Source: Octopus sinensis (lineage: Eukaryota). Taken from it: 64,000 bases of DNA. The notes beneath the pieces were generated by a model. That model had not been told where the DNA came from. It saw only the letters and a program-made list of their open reading frames with translations, and ran no database searches. This document shows, piece after piece, positions 43,357 to 55,439 of this stretch. How positions within the stretch are numbered: position 1 is the first letter of the stretch; every line of letters starts with the position of its first letter. The position numbers and the translations under genes were made by a program. The stretch is from positions 81,902,001 to 81,966,000 of the forward strand of contig NC_042997.1 in NCBI RefSeq assembly GCF_006345805.1, in the 5' to 3' direction.

Positions 43357-46300
43357 CAGGTGGAGAAAAACTGGGACGAGGTGACGATCAGAGTAGCCAA
43401 TCTCACCAAGAAATCGGCCGAGAGGAAGCTGTTCCTGAAAGGTCGAGCAGAGGGGGAGAATGCGTACATCACATCGGTCACCTACTACCGCTTGACTATC
43501 GACACTTGTCCCTTAAGTTGCCTGAACATGCTGGTTGGCATACACATCCAATTTCTGTGGAGGGATCGCGTTCCGCTGGTAAGGTGCTCCATCTGCTGTC
43601 AGCAACCGCTGAATGGCGGCTTAGGCCTGCCGTGGTTGATGATGCACAGACATCCGCTCAGACTGCAACATCTCCAGCGTCTCCTTGACTATAAGCAGGT
43701 TTGGTCGCCGTTTGTTAGACTCGCTCTTCCACAGCTGGTATATTTGCCTCAGCTGCAGTCCTGGATTAGGCTCAGTAAAGGTTGCATAAATGCCCGGGGC
43801 CCCGGGTCGCCTTGGAAACGAGGTCACCTTTTAAATGACCTGAGGTCCCTCAGTGTAGAAGTAGCAGCCATTAGTGAAACCAGAGTTTCCACCCCGCAAG
43901 ACCTCATAACACTTTCGGTGGATAAGCGATTTTTCTATCTCCGTGTTGGTGGTACTGCAGTGCTTTTCCGAAAAGATCTGATTTGTAAATAAAGGCAATC
44001 TTCCTGGATCCAGAAAGTAAGTTAGTGTTTCTAGATGTGAGCAGCAGTGACGGCGGTACCTTCAGACAGGGGAGGGCGGTCGGATTACTTCAAGTGTCTG
44101 GAGGTTTTCCTGGGAACGTCTCGAGCTTTAGTATTAGTAGGAGATTGGAACGCTGTCCTAGATAAATGTTTCGATTGCGTGGAGCTATCAGATAGGAGAG
44201 TGGGTTGCAACATCCTAACAAACCTGCTCAGATGTTTTCACCTGTCAGACAGTACCGACTAGATTATCCGAATGTGCTAACGTGGATTGGACAACGCATC
44301 GGGCCATCTAGATCGTACTTTGAGTATTCTGTAGGGCAGCGGATAAAGATAGTATAGGTCGTCCACAATTTCACATTGTCCGCTACACAGGCCACAAATT
44401 CGTGATCTGTATGGTCGATGAAGATAAGTTTCGTAGACAGGGTCTCAGTTACTGGAAGCTGAACACGTCGTTACCGGCGTGTCAAGCTTGCAGAGACTGC
44501 ATTAGCGTTTTAGTTAAGAGATCGTTGACGGAGGTAATCATCATCAACAACAACTGGTGGTTTGCTGTTAAAAGATAAATAATAGTAGAATCCATTACGT
44601 TTAGTAAGGCGTTAGCGGGAGAAAGTAATAGAATACAGGGAGATTTAGTTAGAAAATCAGATGAAGAACTTAGGAAAGGCGTCGCACTCGACGTGTTTGC
44701 GGCGAGATAGGCTCTCGTCCAATATTTCGACGCCAAACACGAAGGTTGTTTTTGTCAGAGCTAAGGCATGTTCACTAAGCGAGGAAGGAACGAAAGCCGC
44801 TCAATGAGCCCGAGTTGCGGAGGTAAAGCATGGCAACAAAGCCACCATTCGGTATTTAGTGGACCAGAACGGACGCGAGATGTTTGCACTAAAAGAGATA
44901 TGTGCGGGCGTTCAGCAGCATATTTGCTCGACTGTTCGGGACGAGTAGTAGGATGTATAACAGGGCAGACACCGGTGTCTACCTGGACGGTCTGCCGCGT
45001 CTCTCGACGAGCGAGTTGAAGTGTTGCGAAATGCTGATAACAGCCGCGGAAATATGGGAGTCGATGAAGAGCCGTGCGAGAGGCAGATCACCGGGTTTGG
45101 ATAGTTTGCTCTATGAGCTTTATATTTCTATGCCATACTTGTTTGCAGGCTTCTTAGTAGACGTCTACCACAACTGGAAACAAAACTGGAGAATTCCCAC
45201 TTTTGTTTGCCGAGGGGCAGTGGCACTATTGAGAAAGGACCCAAACAAAGGGGACATGGTAGAGAACCTCAGGCCCATCAACCTACTCAAAGCAGAACTG
45301 AAAATTTTGGCCCAAGAGTTTGTCAAGTGGTTGGCGCATGTTGTGGATAAGCTGATTGGCGTGGCTGATTTAGCAAGGCGAACCATGCGCCATCCCAACC
45401 AGGACTATTCGCGACAACCTCCACCTTATGCGCTACATCATAGAGAGGGTGGGTAACGAAGGTTACATGGATGAGGTTCTAATCAATTTAGATCAGTCTC
45501 AGGCTGCTGTTCTCACGGCAACCGCTTTCACTCCGGTTTTTCGCGGTTGGATCACTGCTTTGTACAGCAGCATGAACTCGGTTGTTCGGGTGAATGATTA
45601 CTTGTAAGAACTATTTGGCATCTTGCGCCCGGTCCGTTATGGGTGTCCTCTCTCCTCCATTCTGTATGTACTGACACTTGAGCCACTGCTGCGGAAGCTG
45701 GAGGCATTGATGTGTGTCCCGCGTAATGTAGAATGTGGGAGAAGCGTGTCTGCATATGCCGACGACGTCACCGATATAGCGATACAGAGCTGATAGGCGC
45801 GGCACTAAATGAATATGAAGCGGTGACAGGAACAAAAATTAACGCGGCAAAGTCAGTGGACTTGCAACTCGGCAGCAGTACAGGAAGACCATGCCGTACC
45901 ACAGAGTCGTGGCGTGCTGGACAGATGGTGCCATTAAATTGCTCGGGATCTGATTCAGTCCGGACTTCCAGGTGGAGAAAAACTGAGACGAGGTGACGAA
46001 CAGGGTAGCCAATCTCACCCAAAAATCGGCTTATAGGAAGCTGTCACTGAAAAATCGAGCTGAGGTAGAAAATGCATACATGGCATCCGACACCTACTAC
46101 CACTTTACCGTCGTCCCTTTCCCCAATGTTGGCTGAACAAGCAGGTGCGCTTACACTCCTACTTCCTATGACTAGGACGCGTGCTGCTAGGCAGGCGCTC
46201 CATCTGCTGTTAACAGCCGCTGAATGGGGGCCTGGGTATGCCGTGTTTACTGGTGAGCAGACATCCGTTCAGACTGTGACATCTCCAGCGATACTTTGAC

Positions 46301-46680
46301 GGTGAGCAGATGTGGTCGCCGTTTGTTAGACACGCTCTCCCACAGCTCGTATCTTTGATTGAGCTGAAATTCTGTATCAGGTGTAGACCGAGGAGGACGC
46401 TTGGCACCTCGAGTGCCCTCAAGCGCTCACAGCCCTCTGCCAGTCGGGCAATGTGATCGGTGGTAGTTCAACTTTAGCGTTCTATAGAGGGTTAGTGGAG
46501 GAAAAGTGCAACGACGTTCTCGGTGAAAATCTGGGCGTCGACGAAGATCAACTTACCGGTCTGCTCAATTTTCTTGTAATCCACTGTTTACATGTATTAA
46601 AACCCGTTGTATCGTCCTGTCTTGTCCTTTGATGTTGTTTTATGTAAGCCCTTGTGGCTAATGAGGAAATAGTAATATTT
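43357..46680 (+). mobile_element. L1/Tx1-like element T3: extra post-RT segment, then a near-complete degenerate ORF2 (APE, RT, post-RT) and 3' UTR
   Basis: CINARG, GDWNA, YWKLNTSL, GRSPGLD, LRPINLL, NLHLMRY, GCPLS, AYADDVT, then VEKN.DEVT again at ~45970. The C-terminal zinc finger is deleted at ~46563. 3' motif cccttgtggctaat. Confidence 0.85.
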
Positions 46681-46694
46681 TTTTATTAACAACT

Positions 46695-46910
46695 AAGACC
46701 GCTAATTCGCAAAATCGTTACAACACTGGGCAAAATGCTTAGTGGGAATTCGCCCGGCGCTATATTCTGAGATCTAATTCCGCTGAGGTGGATTATGCGC
46801 TTCATCATTTCGACATTGATAACATAAGTATCAGATTAAAACTGAGGTTGATGCAATCGACTTACCTCTCATCTAAAGTTGTTGGCCTTCTGCCAAAATT
46901 TGAAACAATC
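46695..46910 (+). mobile_element. Degenerate tRNA-type SINE
   Basis: Aligns by eye with 48636-48852 (aaaatcgtta..., gatgcaatcgacttacc, ccaaaatttgaaac). Confidence 0.65.
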
Positions 46911-47159
46911 ATTACTATTATTTCCAAATAATATTTTTGTTTAAATCCAGTCAGACCTAATGCGAGCAAACGTTTAAAAACAGGCGTCCCAGTCTTGCCA
47001 GTTCCGTTATTTTGTTTTCGTGGCCTAGATTACGTTGTGTCCCATACGAAATTATTTAAAGATGTTGGGTGTAATACGGTTTATTTTTCTTTATCCAAGG
47101 GAAACATTTCCTGTCTTAAACTAGAATTATGCCGGTAGTCTTTTTTCCTGTTTTCCTTC

Positions 47160-47475
47160 ATTAGTTCCTTCATCAGGTACTTATGTTTTTAGTCTGTTAT
47201 GCGTAACCGTCTAGTTAGAGGAACGTAAACAAACCAGCAGTGACTCACAAAACAGTGGGATGCAAGCAGAAATAGGAAGGCGCACACACATAGATATATA
47301 CATACATACACATGCCAGCGTTCATTGGCTTCTTTCAATTTCCCTCTACCGAATCATTCATAAGGCTTTCCCCAGCCCTGGGGTATAATATAAGCAAGTT
47401 ACCGAAGATGCCACGCATTAGAACTGAAACCTGACCATATGGTTCGAAAACAAAAATTCGTACTTCACAGCTTCG
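47160..47475 (-). mobile_element. Degenerate second-family SINE
   Basis: Internal (CA/TA)n, caatttccctctaccgaatc, and a tRNA-like head remnant at 47400-47470 on the minus strand. Confidence 0.5.
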
Positions 47476-47503
47476 CTTACGCCAATATGATGTGGATTTA
47501 TTT

Positions 47504-48623
47504 TATAGATGTTTTCGATCTAGTTTCGATTCTTTGCAATCAAATTTGAATTTTTCAGTTGGTGCTCAAGCCTTGAAAAAAACAAAAACAGAGTTAAACT
47601 ACATCAGCCGTAAGGGAATACATGTCTATCTTATCTAACTCGTTCAGTGGATCCCTGCTGTTACTCGAACTTCCATCTTACCCCGAGCTTGGGACAACAA
47701 ACTTGAGTTGGATAAACTCGAATAGTAAGCTTTATAATGTAGCAATTTACCATACGTAGGCATAAAGGAAAAAATGAGCTCATACTAATCCTGATATAAC
47801 AACCTGCCTGAATGTGTCCATGTGTCGTCTAAGACACGTGCATGCCATGTACAATAGACAGTCTAGTTAAAAGACATACCACGGATGGTGTAGCATAAAC
47901 CCACGCTTTAAAGCAATTTTGGGGAGGGGTGAAATTACCCTTATGATTAAAAGTTATGATCAACAATTGTTGATTAAAATCAGACCAGGTTTATTAGCTA
48001 TCCTGAGATAAGGGTTTTTAAATTTTCCTAACTGATATTTCTCGCAAAAAATGTTGCATGTACAAATTATCTTGAATGAACTGTTCAAACACATGCAAAC
48101 AATAGAAAAAGAATCATTCGTTTATGATCTCCTCTAGTTCAGACGTAACGGAGCATCTTTTGGTAGAAGCTATGAGATATTCCATCGAACTTTTCAGATA
48201 TCAATTGGTAAAGCTCCGGCTCGTTCTTTGCCTCGCCTTGGATAACCGAGTGTGGAGCTTAGATGTTCCGCTCATAAACACACACATCGCCCAAGCTGAG
48301 ATTCGAACCTGCGATCCCTCTTAAAAGAACAAGTCCATTCGCTTGAACAATATTTTAACAAAAAAGTGACTTCATAAAACGATTATAAAGAGCAAAGAGC
48401 TTACTAGTCGAGTTTATCCAACTGAAGTTTGTTGTCCCAAGCTCGGGGTTAGATCGAAGTTCGAGCAACAGTGGGCTCTACTGGACGAGTTAGATAAGAT
48501 AGACATGTATTCCCTTGCGGCTGATGTAGTCAAGGCTTGAGCACCAATTGAAAAATTCAAATTTGATAGCAAAGAATTCAAATTTGATGGCAAAGAATCG
48601 AAACTAGATAGAAAACACCTATA
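47504..48623. mobile_element. Non-autonomous DNA element with ~230-bp terminal inverted repeats (MITE/foldback-like)
   Basis: 47504-47740 is the reverse complement of ~48380-48623 (e.g. gggaatacatgtctatcttatctaactcg / cgagttagataagatagacatgtattccc). TATA at both outer ends. No ORF inside. Confidence 0.85.
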
Positions 48624-48635
48624 TTATTATTATTA

Positions 48636-48852
48636 GTTTGGCAGCCAGCCGACAGAATCGATAGCACGCAGAGAAAAGTGCTTGGAGGTATTTCGCATGT
48701 TGCTACGTTCTCAGTTCAAATCCTGCAGAGGTCGGCTTTGCCCTTCATCTTTTCGGACCAGATAAAATAAGTACCAGTTGAACACTGGGGTCGATGTAAT
48801 CGACTCATCCCCTCCCCCATAATGGCTACTCTTGTGGCAAATTTGAAACAAG
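48636..48852 (+). mobile_element. tRNA-derived SINE, best-preserved copy, with an (ATT)n tail
   Basis: A-box-like gacagaatcg, B-box gttcaaatcc (48714-48723), body gtaccagttgaacactggggtcgatgtaatcgact, then atttgaaacaagtattatt. Confidence 0.8.
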
Positions 48853-48891
48853 TATTATTATTATTATTATTAATATTATTATTATTATTAT

Positions 48892-49539
48892 TTATGACGT
48901 AACAGAGTATCCAAAATCGTGAATTTGTTGATATTGTGAATTTGAAGATATCGTGAATTTGAAGATATTGTGTCTACTGGAGGTTTGTATTGTCGGTCAC
49001 GTTACAACAAGGATCTCAGAGAGTCAGTATCTTACGCAATATGCCTCTATTCCAAGTAATGCCGTGTTTTGCAATATTCCTAGATTGTACGGTATTTCTA
49101 AATTTTCCAGATATTTCTTCATGTTGTGTGGTATTGAAGCCTATGCTCATGGTAATAGGGACAACCTTTATATTTGACTGTCGTAGCTACCACAACATAG
49201 CGATTTTTATTCCCAGGTCTCCATATTTATCGATCTCTTCCCTTTCTTTCATAATATGTTGATCTTGTGGTAGTGCCTCTTCTGTTATTAGGCACTCTTG
49301 TATTTCCCTCCTGAAGGTTACATTGTCCTGCCTTCGGTGCTCTAAGTCAAAGTCCCAGAGGATTTTTACCTTCTCCTTTTGGTCCTTTACGTTTTCTGGA
49401 GTATTTTGGTGGCAAGCTCCCATTACCTCGTATCCATACTTCCGACATTGTAGTTAGTGAAGGTTCTGCGCTACGTTGTCATGTCTGCTCTTGAACTCTT
49501 TCTGCGCAAGACGTTCACAAGGTTGTGAAAGCGGGCATG
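48892..49539 (-). mobile_element. Family E fragment E4 (variant) inserted in the SINE tail
   Basis: Colinear with E1 (KILWDFD, ALPQDQ, KYGDLGIKIAMLW). 17-bp unit x3 in the 3' UTR (48919-48969). Confidence 0.82.
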
Positions 49540-49565
49540 TGCGTGTGTGTATATATGTATATATC

Positions 49566-50185
49566 CAGGTGGAGAAAAACTGGAACGAAGCGACGAACAG
49601 GGTAGCGAATCTCACCCAGAAATTGATCGAGAGGAAGCTGTTCCTGAAAGGTCGAGCAGAGGGGGAGAATGCGTACATCACATCGGTCATCTACTACCGC
49701 TTGATCATCGACCCTTGCCCCTTACGTTGCCTGAACAAGCTGGTCGGCATACAACTCCGATTTCTGCGGAGGGATCTCGTTCCGCTGGTAAGGTGCTCCA
49801 TCTGCTGACAGCACCTTACCTTGTCGATCGGGAGGCGGCGGTGGTAGTACTGCAGTGCTTTTCCGAAAAGATCTGAATTTGTAAATAAAGGCAATCTTCC
49901 TGGATCCAGAAAGTAAGTTAGTGGGTCTAGATGTGAGCAACAGTGACGGCGGTACCTTCAGACAGGGGAGGGCGGTCGGATTACTTCAAGTGTCTGGAGG
50001 TTTTCCTGGGAACGTCTCGAGCTTTAGTGTTAGGAGGGGATTGAAATGCTGTCTTAGATGGATGTTTCGATTGCGTGGGGCTATGTGATAGGAGAGTGGG
50101 TTGCAACATCCTAACAAACCTGCGTAGATGTTTTCAACTGTCTGACAGGTACCAAGTAGATTAACCGCATGTGCTAATGTGGACA
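49566..50185 (+). pseudogene. Tx1-like remnant T4
   Basis: Colinear with T1, but an internal deletion at ~49808 removes the post-RT/APE junction. Confidence 0.78.
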
Positions 50186-51098
50186 TCTTTGGTGTTTGAT
50201 AGTCGATGGTTGTCATAAGCAAAAATATATTTCTACTTAAAGTAAAGTTGCTGCCACCTTCTAACTTCGAACTCAGTACTTGTCTGGTACTTTACTTAAT
50301 CAACCCTGAAATGATGAATTAGCCACGTTGACGTCAGTAGCGTTTTAACTCAGGTTGTAAAGAGATACAGCAAGGCAGTATTTCCAGTTCTCCAACAATC
50401 CCGCCAATATACCACCTTTGTGCCATGAACAAATAATAATAGACAAAAATTAAATTTTAAAAATAATCAGTACAAATTACATCATCGGCAAAACTGGAGA
50501 AGACGCGCTCCATTCAAGTAAGAACGAATAAACAGACAGGTGTTAGTTGTGATGGTGGTTATAGTGAAGATAATCGGTGATTGTAGTAAGAGAAGGATGA
50601 AAACGACGATGAAATCAAATATGAGATAGGTCAAATATTTTCTCATATTTCAAGCTTTATCTGATACTAGAAACAAATTATATACGAAAACCACTTATTC
50701 TTCAAAATATATCTCAATATATTCTACTGTCTGTTACCATCGTTGTACGAAAAGCTCAGTATCATACTTGTACCGTTTGGGTGATTTTAGAGGCAAAAAG
50801 CTTACAGCAGTGTTTTTCAACTTCATCCACATTGTTGAAACTTCGTCCATACAGCTGAGCACTGGTGTCGATGTAATCGATTTACCCTCTCACCTGAAAT
50901 TGCTGACTTGTATCAAAATTTGAAACCAATCATTATTATGTCGAATTCATATTATTTTTTTTAACCCCAGTCAGACCCGAAGCGATCAGACGATGTTTAA
51001 ACACAGATATCCCAGTCTTGACAATTCTCATTTTTTGTCCTGGCATTCTTTAGTCTTGACTATGTACAGTGTCCGGTATGAAAAATTAGCTAGAGATA

Positions 51099-52326
51099 CG
51101 AGAGCCGTTCAATAAGTAATGCTGCTGACCCACTTCCCATATCAGTAGAGCAACGAAACTTGGCACAGTTATTAGTTATTTTCTACATAGGAACCACCCA
51201 GAGTTACTTTTTTTGTCCCATCGTTTGATGCAGCTCTGGAGACTGTTTTTGTAGAAGACCCCAGCTTGGTCCTCCAACCACGACGTGACTTCAGAAATCA
51301 AGAGTGCATCATCTGGGAAACGCTTTCCTTTCAAAAACAACTTCATTGCTGGGAAGAGGTGAAAATCAGAGGGTGCAAGGGAGGAGTTCATAGCCGCACG
51401 CCTGTGCTTCTGATCTGGCGACAAGCGAGTTGTGGACCGGAGCGTTGTCCTGCAGGAGGAGGATGCCTTTGCTGATCTTGCCCCGCCTCTTGATATTGAT
51501 AGCTTCTCTTTATTTCCTCAAAAGTGAAGCATAATAGGCTCCTGTAATTGTGGTACCCATTGCCAGGAAATCTGTCATTACTACTTCGTCCTGGTCCCGG
51601 AAGACTGTGAGCATGACCCTAGCCTTCTTTGGAGGAGGTGAGTCATGCTGCTTCCACTGCATTGACTGGACGTTGGATCATAGTGATGGACCCAGGTTTT
51701 ATCCTGTGTAATCAGTCTTTTGAAAAATTTTGATTCATCTTCTTGGCACATCTCCAAATTCATCCTCGAGCACTCAACGCGTTCTTGCTTCTGGAAAGGT
51801 GTGAGCAACCTGGGAATCCATCTGGCAGACACCTTTTGCATATGCAAATGGTCATGAATGATAGTTTCCACAGACCCGGTACTAATCTTGATCTCATGGG
51901 ATATTTGGCGAATGGTTATGCGTCGATCTTCCAAAATGGCAGCCTCAACTTGATGGACAAATGCCTCATCAATGGCAGAAGGGGGCAACCAGATCTGGGA
52001 GCTGTTTCCACAGAGTTCCGACCATGTTTGAATTCACGATGCCTGCGTTTTACAAGGTCATATGATTGGGCATCATCACCATAAGTTACTTTCATATCAT
52101 CAAAAGTCGCCCGTGGCGTGCGTCCTTTCAAATACAAAAACCGGATCACTGCTCGACACTCAACAGGCTCCATTTCACACTTGACTCAGTTCAAACACAT
52201 GTAAATCAGAAACCACAATTAGTTCACTTAATCTATAGAGATATATAAATAATTGCACATGCAAAATTTCAGCTAGATCAAACAACTGCAAGTTGGTCAG
52301 GGGTATTACTTATTGAACGTCCCTCG
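51099..52326 (-). mobile_element. mariner copy M3
   Basis: Same TIRs, TA and flanks as M1. Retains LAPSDF but YSPD is deleted. Confidence 0.92.
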
Positions 52327-53104
52327 TATAGAGTAATACGGTTTACTTTTCATTATCTAATGGAAACATTTCTCGCCTAAAACTAAAAACAAGGCGGTAG
52401 CCTTTCTTCTTTCCTGTTTTCTTTCATTAGTTTCTATCATTAGTGAGTGGCCATGGTGGAGCATTTACTTGAAAGTTGTTAGTCGAACAAGTCGAGCCCA
52501 TTACTTTTTAATCCTTTTAAGACATACTTATTAAGCAAACCGACACTGGCTGACAAGCAATGGGGTGCATACACCAACAGGTAGACACACACGCAGAGAG
52601 ATATGTACTCACATACACACACATACAACCACGGTAGGCTTTTTTCAGTTTATACCTACCAATCCACTCGCAAATCTTTACCCTGCTCTGGACCTCGTTT
52701 GCGTCAATTGGGTGGGAATATATTTAAATGATTTTGTTGAGAATAGCACCATTGTTTGCAAGCTTTACAAATAAGTTGCTGAATCATTGTATTTACGATA
52801 TGCATGTACTGAATCTAGTACCTCATTTCTATTAACAGCTTGAAGATCTCTTAAATGTATTATTGACTTTTGGTATGAATAGCGTCGTTGTTTGTAAGCG
52901 TTACAAATGCGTTTCTGAATCATTGCATTTACAATGAGCCTCGAGTAAAGAGAGCAGGACTGGTTTAGCAGGTAGGGCATGAATACCAGTAATATAATAC
53001 CATAATAGGCCACCATAAAATCACTATTTTGAATTCTGTCTTGAGTTTTCTCTGTAATGCACACATACAACTATTTCAGCTATTCTCTATCCAACATTGA
53101 TTTT

Positions 53105-55045
53105 CTATTAGCCACAAGGGGCCAACAAAGAGGGGACAATACAATCTGATTTTGGAGTCAGATGAGCGAATGATTATACAGAAAATATGACATTAAAAAT
53201 TTTACAAAAATAAGGAAATATAATAAAATTGAATGGTAGGACCGACCGGAAGACATTACGGATGAAGTGAGGGGTGGGGGTTTAATTCGGACCCCACGAG
53301 CCCCGCCTCGCCACCGATACCTGAGTTACATCCTGTGTCACATTCATGAGGTTCCCTCCACATGCAACATCCGTGCCACATTCTTCCATCGATTTTGAAA
53401 CATTTTCACAGTCAGGCATTTTTTCTCTAACCCTATTTTCCTTTTAAGGTGAAAGGTGAAGTAATTCACGAATTCAGGGCCAGAGATGAAATTGCATGAC
53501 TTTAACCCTTTCAGTCTCGTTCTCCAAATTACCTCTCTCGCAACTGCTATTACAATGATAAAACAATTCTTACCTTCTTTCGAAAGGAAATCATAAGGGT
53601 CAATTTTACTATACACTCAGTCGATAGCTGTACTCTTCCTGCACTTGACAACAGTTGTTCAGCATAAACCCACACATCTGACACCTCCGAACATTGAACA
53701 ATAGCATGCGGAACGGTTTCCCTATACCGCTCGAATCTTGGACAAGTCGAAGGGCCACAGCCACCATGCTTTGTGAGCTTGTCCCGAACATGTAAGGCTC
53801 CTCTGTAACACTGCCATGCCAGATACTTCAGAAAGTTATCCAGCGTCTCCGGCGCGAATGTACGTTGGAACAGACTGGCCAGCTGATTATCGTCGAGACC
53901 TATGATTTTCCCTAAGGTATCGTCACATTCCGCCTCTACCAGCCCTCTATAAAAGAATGCGTTGGAACCTCCACTGCAGGCATTGCCCGAGCGACGGAAT
54001 AGCAGGAGAGCCTTGCGACACTCCGTAAACCATGTACCCAACTTCGATCTTCGATAGAACGAGGATTCCTGTCCAGTAAAACTAGTGAACTTGGAAAACA
54101 TCCGTTTCGCCAGCGGAGACCACAGCCGTTCACCATTCAGGTAGAACCACAGATGCCTCAAACTCAGCACATGAACAGCCAAGGTATCCCTAGCCCACCT
54201 TTTAACGGTTGTTGGCAGCAAGTAGAGCGTTTCACAAGCGGTTTCGAGCCCCTCCACAAAAAGGGGAAGAGCTGTGTTTCCAGCTTGTTCAACCACGAAT
54301 CAGGGCAAGGAACGATGGTTAGGCAGTAGCTGATGACCGATGTGATGAACACATTGGCTACCTCCGCCCTCCCTTTCAGGGATAGCCACCGCCAAGACCA
54401 GGCCTTGACTATGTGGGTCACCCTGCTCGATACCTCAGTCCAGTTCTTCTCAATTTGGAGGTCTGGTCCAAACCAAACTCCTAGCAACTTAATCTGACCC
54501 TCCGTCCAACGTCCCATGACGCTGTCAGGAGGCATCGATTTACCTCTCCAGGTGCCGAGCTGCAAGCCGACTGACTTTTAACGATTAACTTTTGCTCCTG
54601 CCACCGTCTCGTAAACCTACCCTCTGTAGGTGATCCATTTCGGTTACGATGATGGTGATGTCATCCGCGTAAGCTGAAACCGACTTTCCACAACCTGGCT
54701 GTCTCGAGATGCCGCTCAGTTTTCGCAGTAATGGCTCAAGAGCCATCACGTACAAAAGCGGAGAGAGCTGACACCCTTGACGAACCGAGCGTTTGATGTT
54801 GAACGGCCTTGATAAGAAGCCGTTCACCCGACCTAGCGAGTCGCTGTTGTCACAAATCTGAATGATCCACATGAGGAAGCCAAGACCCAGGCCGAACAGT
54901 GCGAGAGCGGACACCAGATAGCGATGGTTACCATATCAAATGCCGTAGATCATCTAAATGGACCAGTGCTCCACTCTTGCCAGAATCACTATTAAATCCT
55001 GCTAAAGTGTATTGTATAAGATGGAGATTATTTCTCTAGCCAACG
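53105..55045 (-). mobile_element. L1/Tx1-like element T5, 5'-truncated (RT second half to 3' end)
   Basis: SVRQGCQLSPLLYV, AYADDITI, KLLGVWFGP, LSLKGR, C-terminal CPRF..ETVPHAIVQC and REVIWRTRLKG. 3' motif cccttgtggctaat on the minus strand at ~53110-53125. Confidence 0.88.
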
Positions 55046-55255
55046 TATGAGCTAGAGCATTGTTGAAGCGTTCACATAATGTTTGACGAAAGAACTTTCA
55101 CAACGCAAATAAAATATTAAAAATAAAGCTGAAGTGAAGACCAACTGCAAAATCCGTGAGTTTAAATGGCAAAATATAACCATTTAAAAGTATCACAATA
55201 TGTTTCAACACATGGTTACACGTGAAGAATCTTACAAAACAAATACATAAAAGAA
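55046..55255. mobile_element. Diverged relative of element X with its two halves in inverted arrangement
   Basis: 55063-55180 resembles the X hammerhead/aaaataaagctgaag/tggcaaaat half. 55201-55252 is the reverse complement of the X 5' half (tatttgttttg..attctt..catgtgttgaaaca). Confidence 0.55.
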
Positions 55256-55439
55256 AATACAATTTTTGCACAAATAGCACGTGCAAATACAACCACCTAA
55301 GATGACAAAACGCACAAACCATGCCCTGACGGGGTCTCATCTGCTATCACACAAACACAACAAAATATAAATTTGTCGATGGGCGATTTAAAAAATGCAA
55401 AATGCATGTTTTGAAGAAATGGAAAAAGAGTACAGGAGA

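Noticed and set aside
47165-47180. Second CTGATGA hammerhead core on the minus strand
   Set aside because: There is no helix II or correctly placed GAAA, and it lies inside a SINE remnant.
48295-48318. tRNA gene on the minus strand
   Set aside because: Only a T-arm/B-box fragment is present, with no cloverleaf. It is a SINE head remnant.
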